Positions 30,314-42,490 of a stretch of 64,000 nt of DNA are shown here, piece by piece; position 1 is the first letter of the stretch; each line of letters begins with the position of its first letter. Below the pieces are notes generated by a model that did no database searches, was not told the origin of the DNA, and saw only the letters and a program-made list of their open reading frames with translations. This DNA is from an uncultured Gammaproteobacteria bacterium (GTDB taxonomy: Bacteria; Pseudomonadota; Gammaproteobacteria; Legionellales; Legionellaceae): the NCBI GenBank assembly GCA_963772805.1, contig CAVYYU010000001.1, positions 1,170 to 65,169 of the forward strand. The letters are read 5' to 3'. The position numbers and the translations under genes were made by a program.

Positions 30314-31945
30314 ATGAAAAAATATCTCTACTCGACCCTGTTGGCTTTTAACTGTATTAATGCGCAAGCGAATACGAATCAACCGACGTTGGTTGTTCAA
30401 TTAGTCGTAGATCAATTGCGCGGCGACTTAATTCAACAACATCAACAACAATTTGGCAATTCTGGTTTTACTTATTTATTAAACCATGCCATTAATTACC
30501 ATAATGCCCATCACCCACACGCCAACACGACAACCTGTGCGGGACATACGACCATTGCAACCGGAAGCTATCCTGCCATGCATGGCATCGTAAATAATGA
30601 TTGGTATGATCGAAAATCAAAACAACTGATCTATTGCATGGAAGATTTAAAAGCAAATATCTTACCAACTCAACATACTAAGACCATTATTCCAGGCCGC
30701 TCGCCACGAAATATCTATGCATCAACCTTAAGTGATGAAGTCATCTTATCGAACAAAGGACGCTCCTTTGGCGTTTCATTAAAAGACCGCTCAGCGATTG
30801 CACTTGCAGGACATGCAGGCAAAGCCTTTTGGTTTGATACAACAAATGGTGGTTTTGTTACCAGCAACTATTACTATGATGAATATCCTGTGTGGGTGCA
30901 AAATTGGAATAAACACTATGAGTCCCCTAATTTTGATTGGAATCTTGGACGTCCAGAGACTGAATACCAAAATGTAAATTCACCCGTGTTTCCACAAATA
31001 GATCAAACCTTTGGCCAAAATTTCCCACATCATGTGCGCCATAATGAAAATCAAGACTATTTTAAAGCACTGTCCAAAACACCTAAAGCCGATCAATTAA
31101 CAGGGAATTTTGCAGAACAATTGTTAATTGAAGAACGGTTAGGATTAGCAACGAATAAAACAGATTATTTAGCCATTAGTTTTTCTGGAGTTGATGCAAT
31201 TGGCCATCAATTTGGCCCGCATAGTCTGGAGGCAGAAGATAACCTACTGGAATTAGATAAAACGCTAGCCCATCTTCTTGGTGTAATTGATAAACAAGTA
31301 GGGCTGAATAATACTCTGATTGTCCTCACCGCAGATCATGGCGTAAATGATGGCCCAGCTTATCTCAAGGCCCATCATATTACTGAAATTAACCCCATTA
31401 AGATTGCTGAGCTGGAACATTACATTCATAAGGTATTACAAAAAAAATATAAGCTTCCCGCACAAGCACTTATGTCCATTACCCTGCCTTATATTTACCT
31501 TGATCATAAAATCATTAGTCAGCATAAAATCAATCTACATGAAGTGAGTCATCACTTAGCCCAGGCATTAACGCTACAACCTGGAATATTTAAAGCCTAC
31601 ACACTTCCTGTTACACAGATTGAAAAAGATTGGCTCAGTGCTAAGGTAAATAAAATGTCATATCCATACCGAACAGGAGATGTCTATATAGTACAGCCCC
31701 CCAATCAATCGAATGGCGCGAAAGATATGTACCGCATTACCCACGGTAGTCCATGGAATTATGACAGCTATGTTCCTTTATTATTTGTTCATCCAAATTT
31801 TAAAGCGCAACGTATTTCCCGACCAGTATATACTACAGATATTGCGCCAACTTTATCGGCCTTATTGATGATAAAATCACCATCCGCCGCGGTTGGGCAA
31901 CCGTTAGAGGAAGTATTGTCCGCATCAGAACAATTACCCCAATAA
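30314..31945 (+). CDS. Secreted alkaline-phosphatase-superfamily phosphodiesterase/phosphatase (NPP/PafA-like)
   Basis: Signal peptide; the nucleophile region TTTCAGHTTIATGSYPAMHGIVNNDWYD is typical of NPP/AP enzymes; the metal-site region LTADHGV is present. Confidence 0.8.
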   Translation: MKKYLYSTLLAFNCINAQANTNQPTLVVQLVVDQLRGDLIQQHQQQFGNSGFTYLLNHAINYHNAHHPHANTTTCAGHTTIATGSYPAMHGIVNNDWYDRKSKQLIYCMEDLKANILPTQHTKTIIPGRSPRNIYASTLSDEVILSNKGRSFGVSLKDRSAIALAGHAGKAFWFDTTNGGFVTSNYYYDEYPVWVQNWNKHYESPNFDWNLGRPETEYQNVNSPVFPQIDQTFGQNFPHHVRHNENQDYFKALSKTPKADQLTGNFAEQLLIEERLGLATNKTDYLAISFSGVDAIGHQFGPHSLEAEDNLLELDKTLAHLLGVIDKQVGLNNTLIVLTADHGVNDGPAYLKAHHITEINPIKIAELEHYIHKVLQKKYKLPAQALMSITLPYIYLDHKIISQHKINLHEVSHHLAQALTLQPGIFKAYTLPVTQIEKDWLSAKVNKMSYPYRTGDVYIVQPPNQSNGAKDMYRITHGSPWNYDSYVPLLFVHPNFKAQRISRPVYTTDIAPTLSALLMIKSPSAAVGQPLEEVLSASEQLPQ

Positions 31946-32360
31946 TTGGGCTTCGCGAGTAATAGCCGTCAGAAGGGGCGTGCTACCTCGTAAAGATTCC
32001 GGGACATGTATGGACTCCACCGGTTTTGCAAGAGGTAATTTTAAAATTTTTAGCCATTTAGGTTGAGATTCTGTCATGTATTCGGTCTCTTTATTGAGTG
32101 ATATACGTTCACTCTGGCCCTGATAGCATCCGCGTTCTTTCTCCTCATCATCCCAAAGGTTCTATTACCACCCCTTGTCCCACATAGGTTTTGAAAGAAC
32201 TGGTCTTACCTGTTTTGCTATCAATCTTGGTTTACCTTAAGCAATCTCCTGAAGAGTTTGTCGCTCTTAACTTATTTTCAATCGCCTAATTTTGTTGTGT
32301 TTTTTTATACCTAAAAAAATTAGATGAAACATTGTAGTTCAATCATGACACTCTATTCAT

Positions 32361-33278
32361 TCATGCCACTTGAACATCAGTAGATGCTGCTTTTCGATAA
32401 CATTCCCCTGTTACTAAGAGTGCCCAGACAACGCGGGCATTTTTGTTGACCAGAGCCACTGTTGCTTTGTTATAACCACAACATTGTTTTTTGTCTGCCA
32501 CCCATTGGCTTTTTCTATCTATTTTATTATCACAACTATTCACAACAGAATGTGCGCCATGAACAAGTAACTTCTTTATAAAAGGATCACCTCGTTTGGT
32601 AATTCCCCCTAAAACTATTTTAGTACCGCTCAAGTGCTGCTTAGGTGTCAGGCCTAACTAGGCTGAAACTTCACGCCCATTTTTAAACGTATTGGCTTCA
32701 CCAATCGTAACCACTATAGCTGACGCTGCTATTGGTCCAAATCCTTCTATTTCTTGGACTGCCACACAGCGTAGAGCCGTAGCAGCATGAACGTGAATTT
32801 TCTTCTCATAATAATCAACTTGTTCAAAGTACATTTTTAATTGTTCATGTAACTGTAAAAATACCTCTTTTGAAGCGCTACTTAATTTGTTTTCTTCTTG
32901 CTCTAAAATCGCGGGTAGCTGATTAAGATAAGATAACCCCTTTGCTACAATCCACGAAGCTGATTGCCATGCGCTGTTCTTTGTTTCATTGCTAATTCTC
33001 TAGCTCGATGAAGCAACAAGATGTCTTGTTGAGCCATCGTTTTTTTAGGAACAAATCACATAGTTGGCCTTGTTACCGCCTCAGCAATTGTTTCTGCATC
33101 GCGATGCATCATTTTTAATCGATTTTACATAGGGTTTTACAAATTGAGGGGGACATTATTTTTACTGTATGCCCATATTCCTCAACTCGAGCCCAATGAT
33201 GTGCTCCACCACAAGTCTCTATACTCGCTAAACAGGGCGTAATATTAGCCATATATTCAATCAGTTTTACTCGTTTCA
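32361..33278 (-). mobile_element. Decayed IS110-family transposase gene (multiple frameshifts and stops)
   Basis: My translation shows IS110 hallmarks in three frames: ETCGGAHHWARVEEYGHTVK, NDASRDAETIAEAVTRPTM-stop-FVPKKTMAQQDILLLHRARELAMKQRTAHGNQLRGL-stop, GFGPIAASAIVVTIGEANTFKNGREVSA-stop-LGLTPKQHLSGTK and ITKRGDPFIKKLLVHGAHSV...NKATVALVNKNARVVWALL. Confidence 0.85.
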
Positions 33279-33309
33279 TTAATATATGACTCTTAGCAAG
33301 ATGAACTAT

Positions 33310-35469
33310 TTAATTTCCTAAATTAGGTGTACTGCTCCTTGGTACGTCCTGATACTGAGCGTTTTTTTCGCCTTCCTGGTGAAAGATGGAATAGGGATTT
33401 TCTGCAAACGTTATTTTATTTGCACTGTTAAAATCTAATTTTTTTAATACCGTATCGATGTCGACATAGATACCCTGCGCCATTAATTCGTTGAATTTAG
33501 CGTTTTTTCTATCCTCATAGATAGAGGAAAATTCATCGAGGATGCGCAGTTCTACCTTGGGCTTAAGATACTCCCAAATTGCTTCCACACCATCTTCCTT
33601 GAGTTTCTCCCAGACATCATTACTTAGAGATGAATATTTTAAGTACGTTTCAGCTTCTTCTTTAACAATATTGGGAAACTTAAGACAAGCCACCTCATGG
33701 GTAATAAAGAGTACTTCCACCTCAGAATGGATGCCGTTTAATTTTTCGACTAACTTGTTAAAAGTACCTGCACTGCAAATGGGGCGATCGCTTCCACCCT
33801 CATCAATTCCTTGCTCGGTAAGATTGTATCCTCGCTGAATTTCATATAATCCTTCAATCAATTGCACTTGGGCATCTTCCAGAGTACCTTGCCGTCTGCT
33901 TTCATCATGAATTGCAAACCAGAATAAGGCGAGCAATTGCTGGGTGGATACCTGCGATGAAGTATCTTCAAAATGATAATCAGGAGCTAAAATGCGCTCG
34001 AGACAGGTTCTTGCCGCAGTTAATTGAGTCTGTTTGAGGTTTGAATTTTCAGGGAGTTTAGTTTGGTTACACCAAATAGATAATTCAGTATAGAACTTAT
34101 CCATGCCGCGACCCAACATGTTTTTCCCATAACAGGCAAGTAAGTTCTTTGCAGATTGAGAGACTGAGCGATGGACGCTTGCAGTATGTGTACTCTGGTT
34201 TTGATTTAATTCACCAGCGGCTAAGGGAATATCATTCAGGAGTTGGCGATTGACGTAATTGTGGAGTTGTCTTTGCCCTTCGGGTATGTCGTTTTGATGT
34301 GTTTCTGCGATAGTTATCATGGCATTAAAATGCTCAAGAGTGAATTGATGTGCAGGAATACGATTCCAAACATCTTTTATATCGAGCAGAATACTGGCAC
34401 GTCTGAGTAACACGTTAAATTGTTCCTGAGCATTGTCTGGCGTGAGTAAACCTGCTTGTCTTAGTACTCCAAAGGCATCCAAGATATGAAGCGGCTGGTT
34501 AAGTACCGTTAAGGCCTCGCGATTTGCTGCAGCAAATTCGCCTGTGAGCAAACCTTCTTCATGCAGCTTTATAAGCGCCCAAGAAAGATTCGAAGGATTT
34601 TCATGATTTGCTACAGCATTAAAATTGGCATCCGTAAGCAACTTAGCTTTATGCAACGCTATAATCGCATCAACGAAAAAAGAAGGCTCGTTAAACTTCG
34701 TTAAGGCTTCGCGAATTGCTACAGCAAATTCGCCATCGTGTAAGGTTTCTTTATGCAGCCTTATAAGCGCATCAGAAAGAATGTAAGGATTTTCATGATG
34801 GACTACAGCTTCAAAATTTTCATTCATAAGCAACTTAGCATTGCGTAAATTTATAATCGCATCAGCAAGGTAATTAGGATCAAGATGCTCTACTAGAGCA
34901 TTACTATAGATTTGTGCAGCCACATCAACAAGGAGTTCAGCTTCATATAGCTTTGTAAGAGCAAGTGCGAGGCTGCGAGGGGCTTTAGAGTTTATTACAA
35001 TGTCATGATAAGTTTGAGCTAAGTCGCCGCTTTGTTGCAGGAGTCTAAGAGCGTCAGCAAGGTTTTCTGGCTCACTGTTCTTTGCTACAACAGTGGCATT
35101 GGCGACAGTAAGCATCTCCCATTGTTGTAAATTGCTAAAGGCAACCAAAACGCTCTTTGGTTGTTCATGGCGCACTACAAGGTAAAAATGATCTTTAACA
35201 GATTCTTTCGTAATTTCCTTTAATTTTTTTAAAATAATTGGTAGTAATGAACCATTGTAGGAGTCTGCCAAATCACTAAATACATAGGGAAAAAGATTAG
35301 TCTGTTGTGAATAGGCATCACAAAAAGCCCAGGCATCTTCTGCCGTAAAAGCATCTTTCTGATTAAGTATGTTACTTAGCTGCTCTGGGAAGAAAAGACT
35401 CTGATGCCATGCTAACTTAAGGTAGTCTGCACGAAGTTGCATAAAGGTTTCTTGAATTGTAATATTCAT
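33310..35469 (-). CDS. 719-aa protein with ~7 tandem ~32-aa helical repeats and a C-terminal globular domain (effector-like)
   Basis: Repeats follow the pattern NPxxLxDAlixLxxAxLLtxxNFxav. A 192-bp tandem DNA duplication lies at ~34507-34890. Confidence 0.8.
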   Translation of the reverse strand: MNITIQETFMQLRADYLKLAWHQSLFFPEQLSNILNQKDAFTAEDAWAFCDAYSQQTNLFPYVFSDLADSYNGSLLPIILKKLKEITKESVKDHFYLVVRHEQPKSVLVAFSNLQQWEMLTVANATVVAKNSEPENLADALRLLQQSGDLAQTYHDIVINSKAPRSLALALTKLYEAELLVDVAAQIYSNALVEHLDPNYLADAIINLRNAKLLMNENFEAVVHHENPYILSDALIRLHKETLHDGEFAVAIREALTKFNEPSFFVDAIIALHKAKLLTDANFNAVANHENPSNLSWALIKLHEEGLLTGEFAAANREALTVLNQPLHILDAFGVLRQAGLLTPDNAQEQFNVLLRRASILLDIKDVWNRIPAHQFTLEHFNAMITIAETHQNDIPEGQRQLHNYVNRQLLNDIPLAAGELNQNQSTHTASVHRSVSQSAKNLLACYGKNMLGRGMDKFYTELSIWCNQTKLPENSNLKQTQLTAARTCLERILAPDYHFEDTSSQVSTQQLLALFWFAIHDESRRQGTLEDAQVQLIEGLYEIQRGYNLTEQGIDEGGSDRPICSAGTFNKLVEKLNGIHSEVEVLFITHEVACLKFPNIVKEEAETYLKYSSLSNDVWEKLKEDGVEAIWEYLKPKVELRILDEFSSIYEDRKNAKFNELMAQGIYVDIDTVLKKLDFNSANKITFAENPYSIFHQEGEKNAQYQDVPRSSTPNLGN

Positions 35470-35839
35470 AATTTCCTGAAACGTCAGTTGGTAATTTGTG
35501 CTTTTAATTTTAACACAAAGATTATTTAATAGCCAGAACCCATGTCGTTTAGATAGTGTTAATTCCGTATGGTTCTAATGTGATGAACGGTCCCCCCAAA
35601 TATAATCCTCAGCATAAAAAAACCTTAAATTAACAAGGTAACTCGTTTGCTTGCTAAACAAGATGTCCGGCTATTCGAGGGGAGAAGGAAATTTAACGGG
35701 CTATGGGCTTCGTAAACGAAGCACCATAAAGCTCAGTTCAGCTATGCTACTCTTACAAGCAAATACCCTACTTGAGATAAAGATTGAATTTAACACAAAA
35801 AACATTTACCATTTGTGCGAAAATTTGAGCGATATAATC

Positions 35840-36469
35840 ATGAACAAAGAAGCAATTATAATTGGGATTTCAGGCCCATCAGCATCAGGTAAAAGCCTTT
35901 TCGCAAACACTATCGTTAACGAATTAGGTTCAGATCATGTAGTCGTTATTTCTGAGGATGCCTACTACAAAGATAACGGGCATTTACCCTTCGCTGACCG
36001 AGAAAAAATAAACTACGATCATCCGGATTCTTTTGATCATACTCTGCTTTGTGAGCATTTACGCCAACTGCGTGAAGGCAACTCGGTCGAGATTCCCATT
36101 TATTCACACTCCAAACATCAGCGTTCAGCGGAAACCAGGGCGGTAGGCAAGCACGCGATTATTATTTTAGAAGGCATATTGCTCTTTAGTGATAAAGAAT
36201 TACGAGAACTAATGGACATCCGTATTTTTATGTCTACCCCTTTGGATGTTTGTTTGACGCGACGTTTAAAAAGAGATGTTGTGGAGCGCCATAGAACATT
36301 TGAGTCCGTAGTACATCAGTATGAAACAACTGTACGGCCCATGTACTTACAGTTTATTGAACCATCAAGTCGTTATGCGGACATCATTGTTCCTCGGGGC
36401 GGTGAAAATAGAATTGCTATCGAAATGATTCAAGCAAAAATGCGTGAATTATTAGCATCACATACTTAA
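35840..36469 (+). CDS. udk: Uridine kinase
   Basis: P-loop IIGISGPSASGKS and the Udk-family body. The start is the ATG at 35840. Confidence 0.9.
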   Translation: MNKEAIIIGISGPSASGKSLFANTIVNELGSDHVVVISEDAYYKDNGHLPFADREKINYDHPDSFDHTLLCEHLRQLREGNSVEIPIYSHSKHQRSAETRAVGKHAIIILEGILLFSDKELRELMDIRIFMSTPLDVCLTRRLKRDVVERHRTFESVVHQYETTVRPMYLQFIEPSSRYADIIVPRGGENRIAIEMIQAKMRELLASHT

Positions 36470-36487
36470 ATAGTAAAGGAGAACACC

Positions 36488-37276
36488 GTGGGCTTTTTAG
36501 CGGGTAAAAAGGCACTTATCATTGGTCTGGCGAGCAATCGATCCATTGCTTACGGTATTGCTAAAGCATTTCATGAACAAGGAGCTGAATTAGCATTTAC
36601 CTATCAAGGCGAACGCTTAAAAGAGCGTGTGGAATCAATGGCTGCTGAATTTAATTCAACGCTGACTTTTCCTTGTGATGTAGCTAATGACGCAGAGATC
36701 ACTGCCCTTTTTGCAAATCTGGGTAAGCATTGGAATAAATTCGACATTCTGATTCACTCTGTTGCTTATGCTCCGGCCGATCAAATCAGTGGCGACTTTG
36801 TAACATCCTGTACTCGTGAAGGATTTAGAATTGCTCACGACATCAGTGCTTACAGTCTGATTGGTTTAGCGCAAGCGGCTTTGCCGATGATGGAGGAAAC
36901 CCAAGGCTCTATTTTAACAATGAGCTATTATGGTGCTGAAAAAGCGGTCCCTAACTACAACGTTATGGGCATAGCTAAAGCCAGCTTAGAAGCTTCTGTA
37001 CGTTATTTAGCGTCAAGCTTAGGCAGTCGCGGTTTACGTGTTAATGCCATCTCCGCAGGCCCAATTAAGACGCTAGCTGCCGCAGGCATTAAGGATTTCC
37101 GAAAAATCCAATCCGCTTATGCAAGCATTACCCCACTGCAAAGAAATATCACGATTGAAGAAGTTGGTAATACTGCTGCATTTTTATGTTCGAACTTAGC
37201 TTCGGGAATTACCGGGGAAGTAGTGCATGTGGATGCGGGTTATCATGCTGTTTCGACCATGAGTGATTTAACTTAA
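36488..37276 (+). CDS. fabI: Enoyl-ACP reductase FabI
   Basis: SDR fold with [13 protein letters not shown] and the YxxxxxxK region ([23 protein letters not shown]). GTG start. Confidence 0.9.
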   Translation: MGFLAGKKALIIGLASNRSIAYGIAKAFHEQGAELAFTYQGERLKERVESMAAEFNSTLTFPCDVANDAEITALFANLGKHWNKFDILIHSVAYAPADQISGDFVTSCTREGFRIAHDISAYSLIGLAQAALPMMEETQGSILTMSYYGAEKAVPNYNVMGIAKASLEASVRYLASSLGSRGLRVNAISAGPIKTLAAAGIKDFRKIQSAYASITPLQRNITIEEVGNTAAFLCSNLASGITGEVVHVDAGYHAVSTMSDLT

Positions 37277-37343
37277 TATTCGCAACATGTTGGGTCATTT
37301 GGCCCAACAACCATGCTCATCAACAACCTCATAACCAAGATAA

Positions 37344-37381
37344 ACCGCGTAGATTGGGTCAAACGACCCAATCTACGCGGT
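37344..37381. terminator. Bidirectional terminator between convergent fabI and kdsA
   Basis: Perfect 17-bp stem accgcgtagattgggtc-aaac-gacccaatctacgcggt. Confidence 0.7.
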
Positions 37382-37402
37382 GGTTTGGGCAAGGGAAAAG
37401 AT

Positions 37403-38223
37403 TTAAACAATTTCCCCTGTCTTTTTATAAACCGCATCAATTGCTATTAGAGACTCTAACAACTGCTTCATTTTATCCAAAGGCCAACTATTAGGACCAT
37501 CACTTAAAGCTTTGTCGGGATCAGGATGGGTTTCCATAAAAATACCCGAAATTCCTGCAGCTACAGCCGCACGTGCAAGCACAGGTATAAACTCTCTTTG
37601 TCCGCCAGAAACACCATTATTACCACCAGGCAATTGCACTGAATGGGTGGCATCATAAACAATGGGACATTCGGTTTCGCGCATAATGGCTAAAGAACGC
37701 ATATCGGAAACTAAATTATTGTAACCAAAACTCACGCCGCGTTCACACGCCATAATTTGCTCATTACCACCCGATTTTGCTTTTGTAATGACATGCTTCA
37801 TTTCCCACGGTGCTAAAAATTGGCCTTTTTTGATGTTCACTGGCTTATTCATCGCCGCCACTTTTTGAATAAAGTTTGTTTGGCGGCATAAAAAAGCCGG
37901 GGTCTGTAATACATCAACCACACTGGAAACTTCCACTAAGGGCGTGTCTTCATGCACATCAGTTAACACAGGCACACCAATTTGTGCCTTTACTTTTTCT
38001 AAAATTACCAAGCCTTTCTCAAAACCTGGGCCGCGATAACTGGACAAAGAGGAGCGATTTGCTTTATCAAAAGATGATTTGTAGATAAAAGGAATGTTTA
38101 ATTGACCACAAAGTTCTTTTAAATAACCTGCAGTTTCCAATGCCAATCCCTCGCTTTCAATAACACAAGGGCCTGCTATTAAAAATAAAGGCTTATCCAA
38201 ACCTACTTCAAATCCACATAATT

Positions 38224-38227
<4 letters not shown>
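37403..38227 (-). CDS. kdsA: 2-dehydro-3-deoxyphosphooctonate aldolase (KDO8P synthase)
   Basis: KdsA family sequence throughout ([19 protein letters not shown], ...). Confidence 0.9.
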
Positions 38228-39909
<1,682 letters not shown>

Positions 39910-39974
39910 TTAATTCATGAAATTTACATTTGCATGTAAACGGGATTTAATTCTACCAAAATGAAGATAAAAAT

Positions 39975-40005
39975 GACACAAATTTCTTAAGGAAGATTTG
40001 TGTTT
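39975..40005 (-). terminator. Putative rho-independent terminator downstream of ribBA
   Basis: The minus strand has a hairpin acacaaatcttcc..ggaaatttgtgt (imperfect), followed by a T-rich tract. Confidence 0.45.
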
Positions 40006-40126
40006 CATTATAAATCAAGATAAGAATTACGCTGTGAGGCCTATTCATTGTGTCTATCCGGCGCATAATACCTGAACTAAACCGCAAATGTTAGACCTCT
40101 CAGTCAAAGGAAAATAGCGACAGCCC

Positions 40127-41335
40127 CTAACTAATGGCCAACAAATGCCCCATCTTCTCTTTCTTCGTTTTCAAATAGCGATGGCTTTCCAGAGTTGGCT
40201 CAACCTCTAAAGGCACCCGCTCAGTTACCGTCACGCCATAACGATCAACTGCAGTAATTTTTAATGGATTATTCGTCAACAGACGTATTGCATCAATACC
40301 AAAATGTTTGAGTATCTGATAGGCAATCGCATAATCACGATTATCAACCGGAAGACCCAGCTCATTATTTGCATCGACCGTATCTAATCCCTTTTCTTGC
40401 AAAGCATAAGCTTTTAACTTATTCGCCAGGCCAATGCCGCGCCCTTCCTGACGTAGATAAATTAACACGCCCCCTTCGGCGGCAATCAAAGAAAGAGACT
40501 GTTCTAACTGCTTGCCACAGTCACACTTGCACGAACCAAAAATATCGCCGGTAATGCATTCAGAATGGATACGCACCAAAGGAACTTGATTGGCAAATTT
40601 TGGCGGTTTAACCAAGGCAAAATGCTCCGCAGAATCCAAATCATTGGCAAACACCGTCATGTTAAAATCCCCTTTATCTTGCAAGGGAATACGGGTTGAT
40701 GCTGCATCACGAACTAAAACTTCATGACGCACACGGTATTCAATTAAATCTTTAATAGTTACCAAGGGAATATCATGTTTTTGTGAAAAGGCAACCAACT
40801 CCTCAAAACGACTCATGGTTCCATCTTCATTCATGATTTCACAAATTACCGCCGCAGGTATTAAGCCCGCAAGCCTTGCCAAATCAACACTCCCCTCAGT
40901 TTGGCCAGCACGCTCTAAAACACCTTTTTTGCGCGCCCGCAAAGGAAATACATGTCCAGGGGAAATAATGTCTGCCGGCTTACTCTCAGGGTTAATTGCA
41001 ACCTGAATAGTATGTGCCCGATCATGGGCCGAAATACCCGTTGAGACGCCCTCTACTGCTTCGATGGATACAGTAAACGCCGTGCCATAAGGTGATTTAT
41101 TGTTTTGCGCCATCATGGGCAACTGTAATTGATCAATTAATTCCTCTGCCATAGGCAAACAAATTAATCCACAACCATAACGAGACATAAAGTTAATTAC
41201 TTCAGGGGTGGCAAATTCCGCAGCCACGATGAGATCCCCTTCATTTTCTCTATCCTCATCATCGATTAAAATAACCATTTTACCGGCTTTGAGTGTTTCC
41301 ACTGCCTGTTCTATTGTAGCTAATGAATGCTTCAT
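40127..41335 (-). CDS. ribBA: Bifunctional 3,4-dihydroxy-2-butanone-4-phosphate synthase / GTP cyclohydrolase II
   Basis: RibB half ([11 protein letters not shown]) plus RibA half (CxCxC zinc site [18 protein letters not shown]). Confidence 0.9.
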   Translation of the reverse strand: MKHSLATIEQAVETLKAGKMVILIDDEDRENEGDLIVAAEFATPEVINFMSRYGCGLICLPMAEELIDQLQLPMMAQNNKSPYGTAFTVSIEAVEGVSTGISAHDRAHTIQVAINPESKPADIISPGHVFPLRARKKGVLERAGQTEGSVDLARLAGLIPAAVICEIMNEDGTMSRFEELVAFSQKHDIPLVTIKDLIEYRVRHEVLVRDAASTRIPLQDKGDFNMTVFANDLDSAEHFALVKPPKFANQVPLVRIHSECITGDIFGSCKCDCGKQLEQSLSLIAAEGGVLIYLRQEGRGIGLANKLKAYALQEKGLDTVDANNELGLPVDNRDYAIAYQILKHFGIDAIRLLTNNPLKITAVDRYGVTVTERVPLEVEPTLESHRYLKTKKEKMGHLLAIS

Positions 41336-41371
41336 AACGCGACCTCATTAAATCCAGAGTATAGGATGCCC

Positions 41372-42427
41372 CTAGCTCTCTTGCCAATCAATACATGCCA
41401 TCATATTGTCACCCATAGCATGCCAAGACACCGTGTGCGGACGGTCAAATATCCCACTTTTCTGATATGCTGAAATTGCATTTTGTTCCAAACTGGTTGG
41501 AACGAGATACAAATAAGTACGATGAACTAATCCTTCCTGATGCAAGGCAGTAAAAATAGCACCACCCGCTTCGACCCAAACATCATGATATCCTAGTTCG
41601 CCTAAATGCCTAATTACAGCACTTAAATCCATTACCCCATTCTTCATCGGCATGCGATACAAACTACTCTTTGAATAGGAAATCTCGCGCTCATCACAAT
41701 AATATACATGACAATGAGCGGCAGTTGAAAAAATATGCGCTTCTTTATCAAGCGTGAGTTGTCTATCAATAATTGCCACGGGCTTTGATTGCTCTTTAGC
41801 CCCTAAGCGCACATTCAACTTGGGATTATCCACTTGAATGGTTCGCGCGCTGGTAAGGATCACATCCGTAGCCGCTCGCATTTGGTGAGTAAACTCCCCG
41901 CATAAGGAATTGGACAACACTACGCGCTCACCGACTGCCCGACCAATTTTACCATTTAAAGTTTGGGCAATTTTAACCGTAACCCGAGGTTTTTTAGTTA
42001 CCGTCCAATATGTATAACTTTTATAAAACTCAGTGATCTCTGCCACCGGATAATGCGTCACCTTAATGCCTTGGGCGCGCAATTTCTCCGTTGAATTATT
42101 TTGCGCAACGATGGGATTAGGATCTGCATAAGCAAAAATCACATGCTCAATACCGCCATGGTTAATAATGACGTCAACGCAAGGAGGCGTTCTCCCCCAG
42201 TGATTACAGGGTTCAAGTGAAATATAAAGACTTACCCCTGGTGTTTTAGGCGGGATCTGTGCTAACAATAGTTGTTCAGCATGCGGAGTCCCTGCACCAT
42301 GATGACAGGTCTGTGCTATAATATTTTCGTTTTGCACAGCAACAGCGCCAACACAAGGATTGGGAGCGCAAAAACCTTGTCCAAGACGGGCTTGTTCGAG
42401 AGCTGCGAGCAGAAACTTTTTATGCAT
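41372..42427 (-). CDS. ribD: Riboflavin biosynthesis deaminase/reductase RibD
   Basis: Deaminase motifs HAEQ and PCxxxxxxPPC, plus a C-terminal reductase domain. Confidence 0.9.
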   Translation of the reverse strand: MHKKFLLAALEQARLGQGFCAPNPCVGAVAVQNENIIAQTCHHGAGTPHAEQLLLAQIPPKTPGVSLYISLEPCNHWGRTPPCVDVIINHGGIEHVIFAYADPNPIVAQNNSTEKLRAQGIKVTHYPVAEITEFYKSYTYWTVTKKPRVTVKIAQTLNGKIGRAVGERVVLSNSLCGEFTHQMRAATDVILTSARTIQVDNPKLNVRLGAKEQSKPVAIIDRQLTLDKEAHIFSTAAHCHVYYCDEREISYSKSSLYRMPMKNGVMDLSAVIRHLGELGYHDVWVEAGGAIFTALHQEGLVHRTYLYLVPTSLEQNAISAYQKSGIFDRPHTVSWHAMGDNMMACIDWQES

Positions 42428-42490
42428 TGATTACGGTACCTTTAAAATCCGGATTAATGATAACAAATTATTCAATTTTTGAGTAGCCTA

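Noticed and set aside
31950-32360. Possible remnant of a second mobile-element gene: minus-strand fragments such as DSKTGKTSSFKTYVGQG (integrase-like KTGK), and a 47-codon ORF MTESQPKWLKILKLPLAKPVESIHVPES...
   Set aside because: The fragments are too short and too interrupted by stops for me to assign a family from sequence alone. I note only that the region looks like degraded DNA next to the IS110 relic.
42428-42490. Expected FMN (RFN) riboswitch upstream of the ribD-ribBA genes
   Set aside because: Only ~50-60 nt separate the ribD start from the divergent bepA-like gene, which is too short for an RFN element. I saw no RFN-like conserved sequence there or in 41336-41371.
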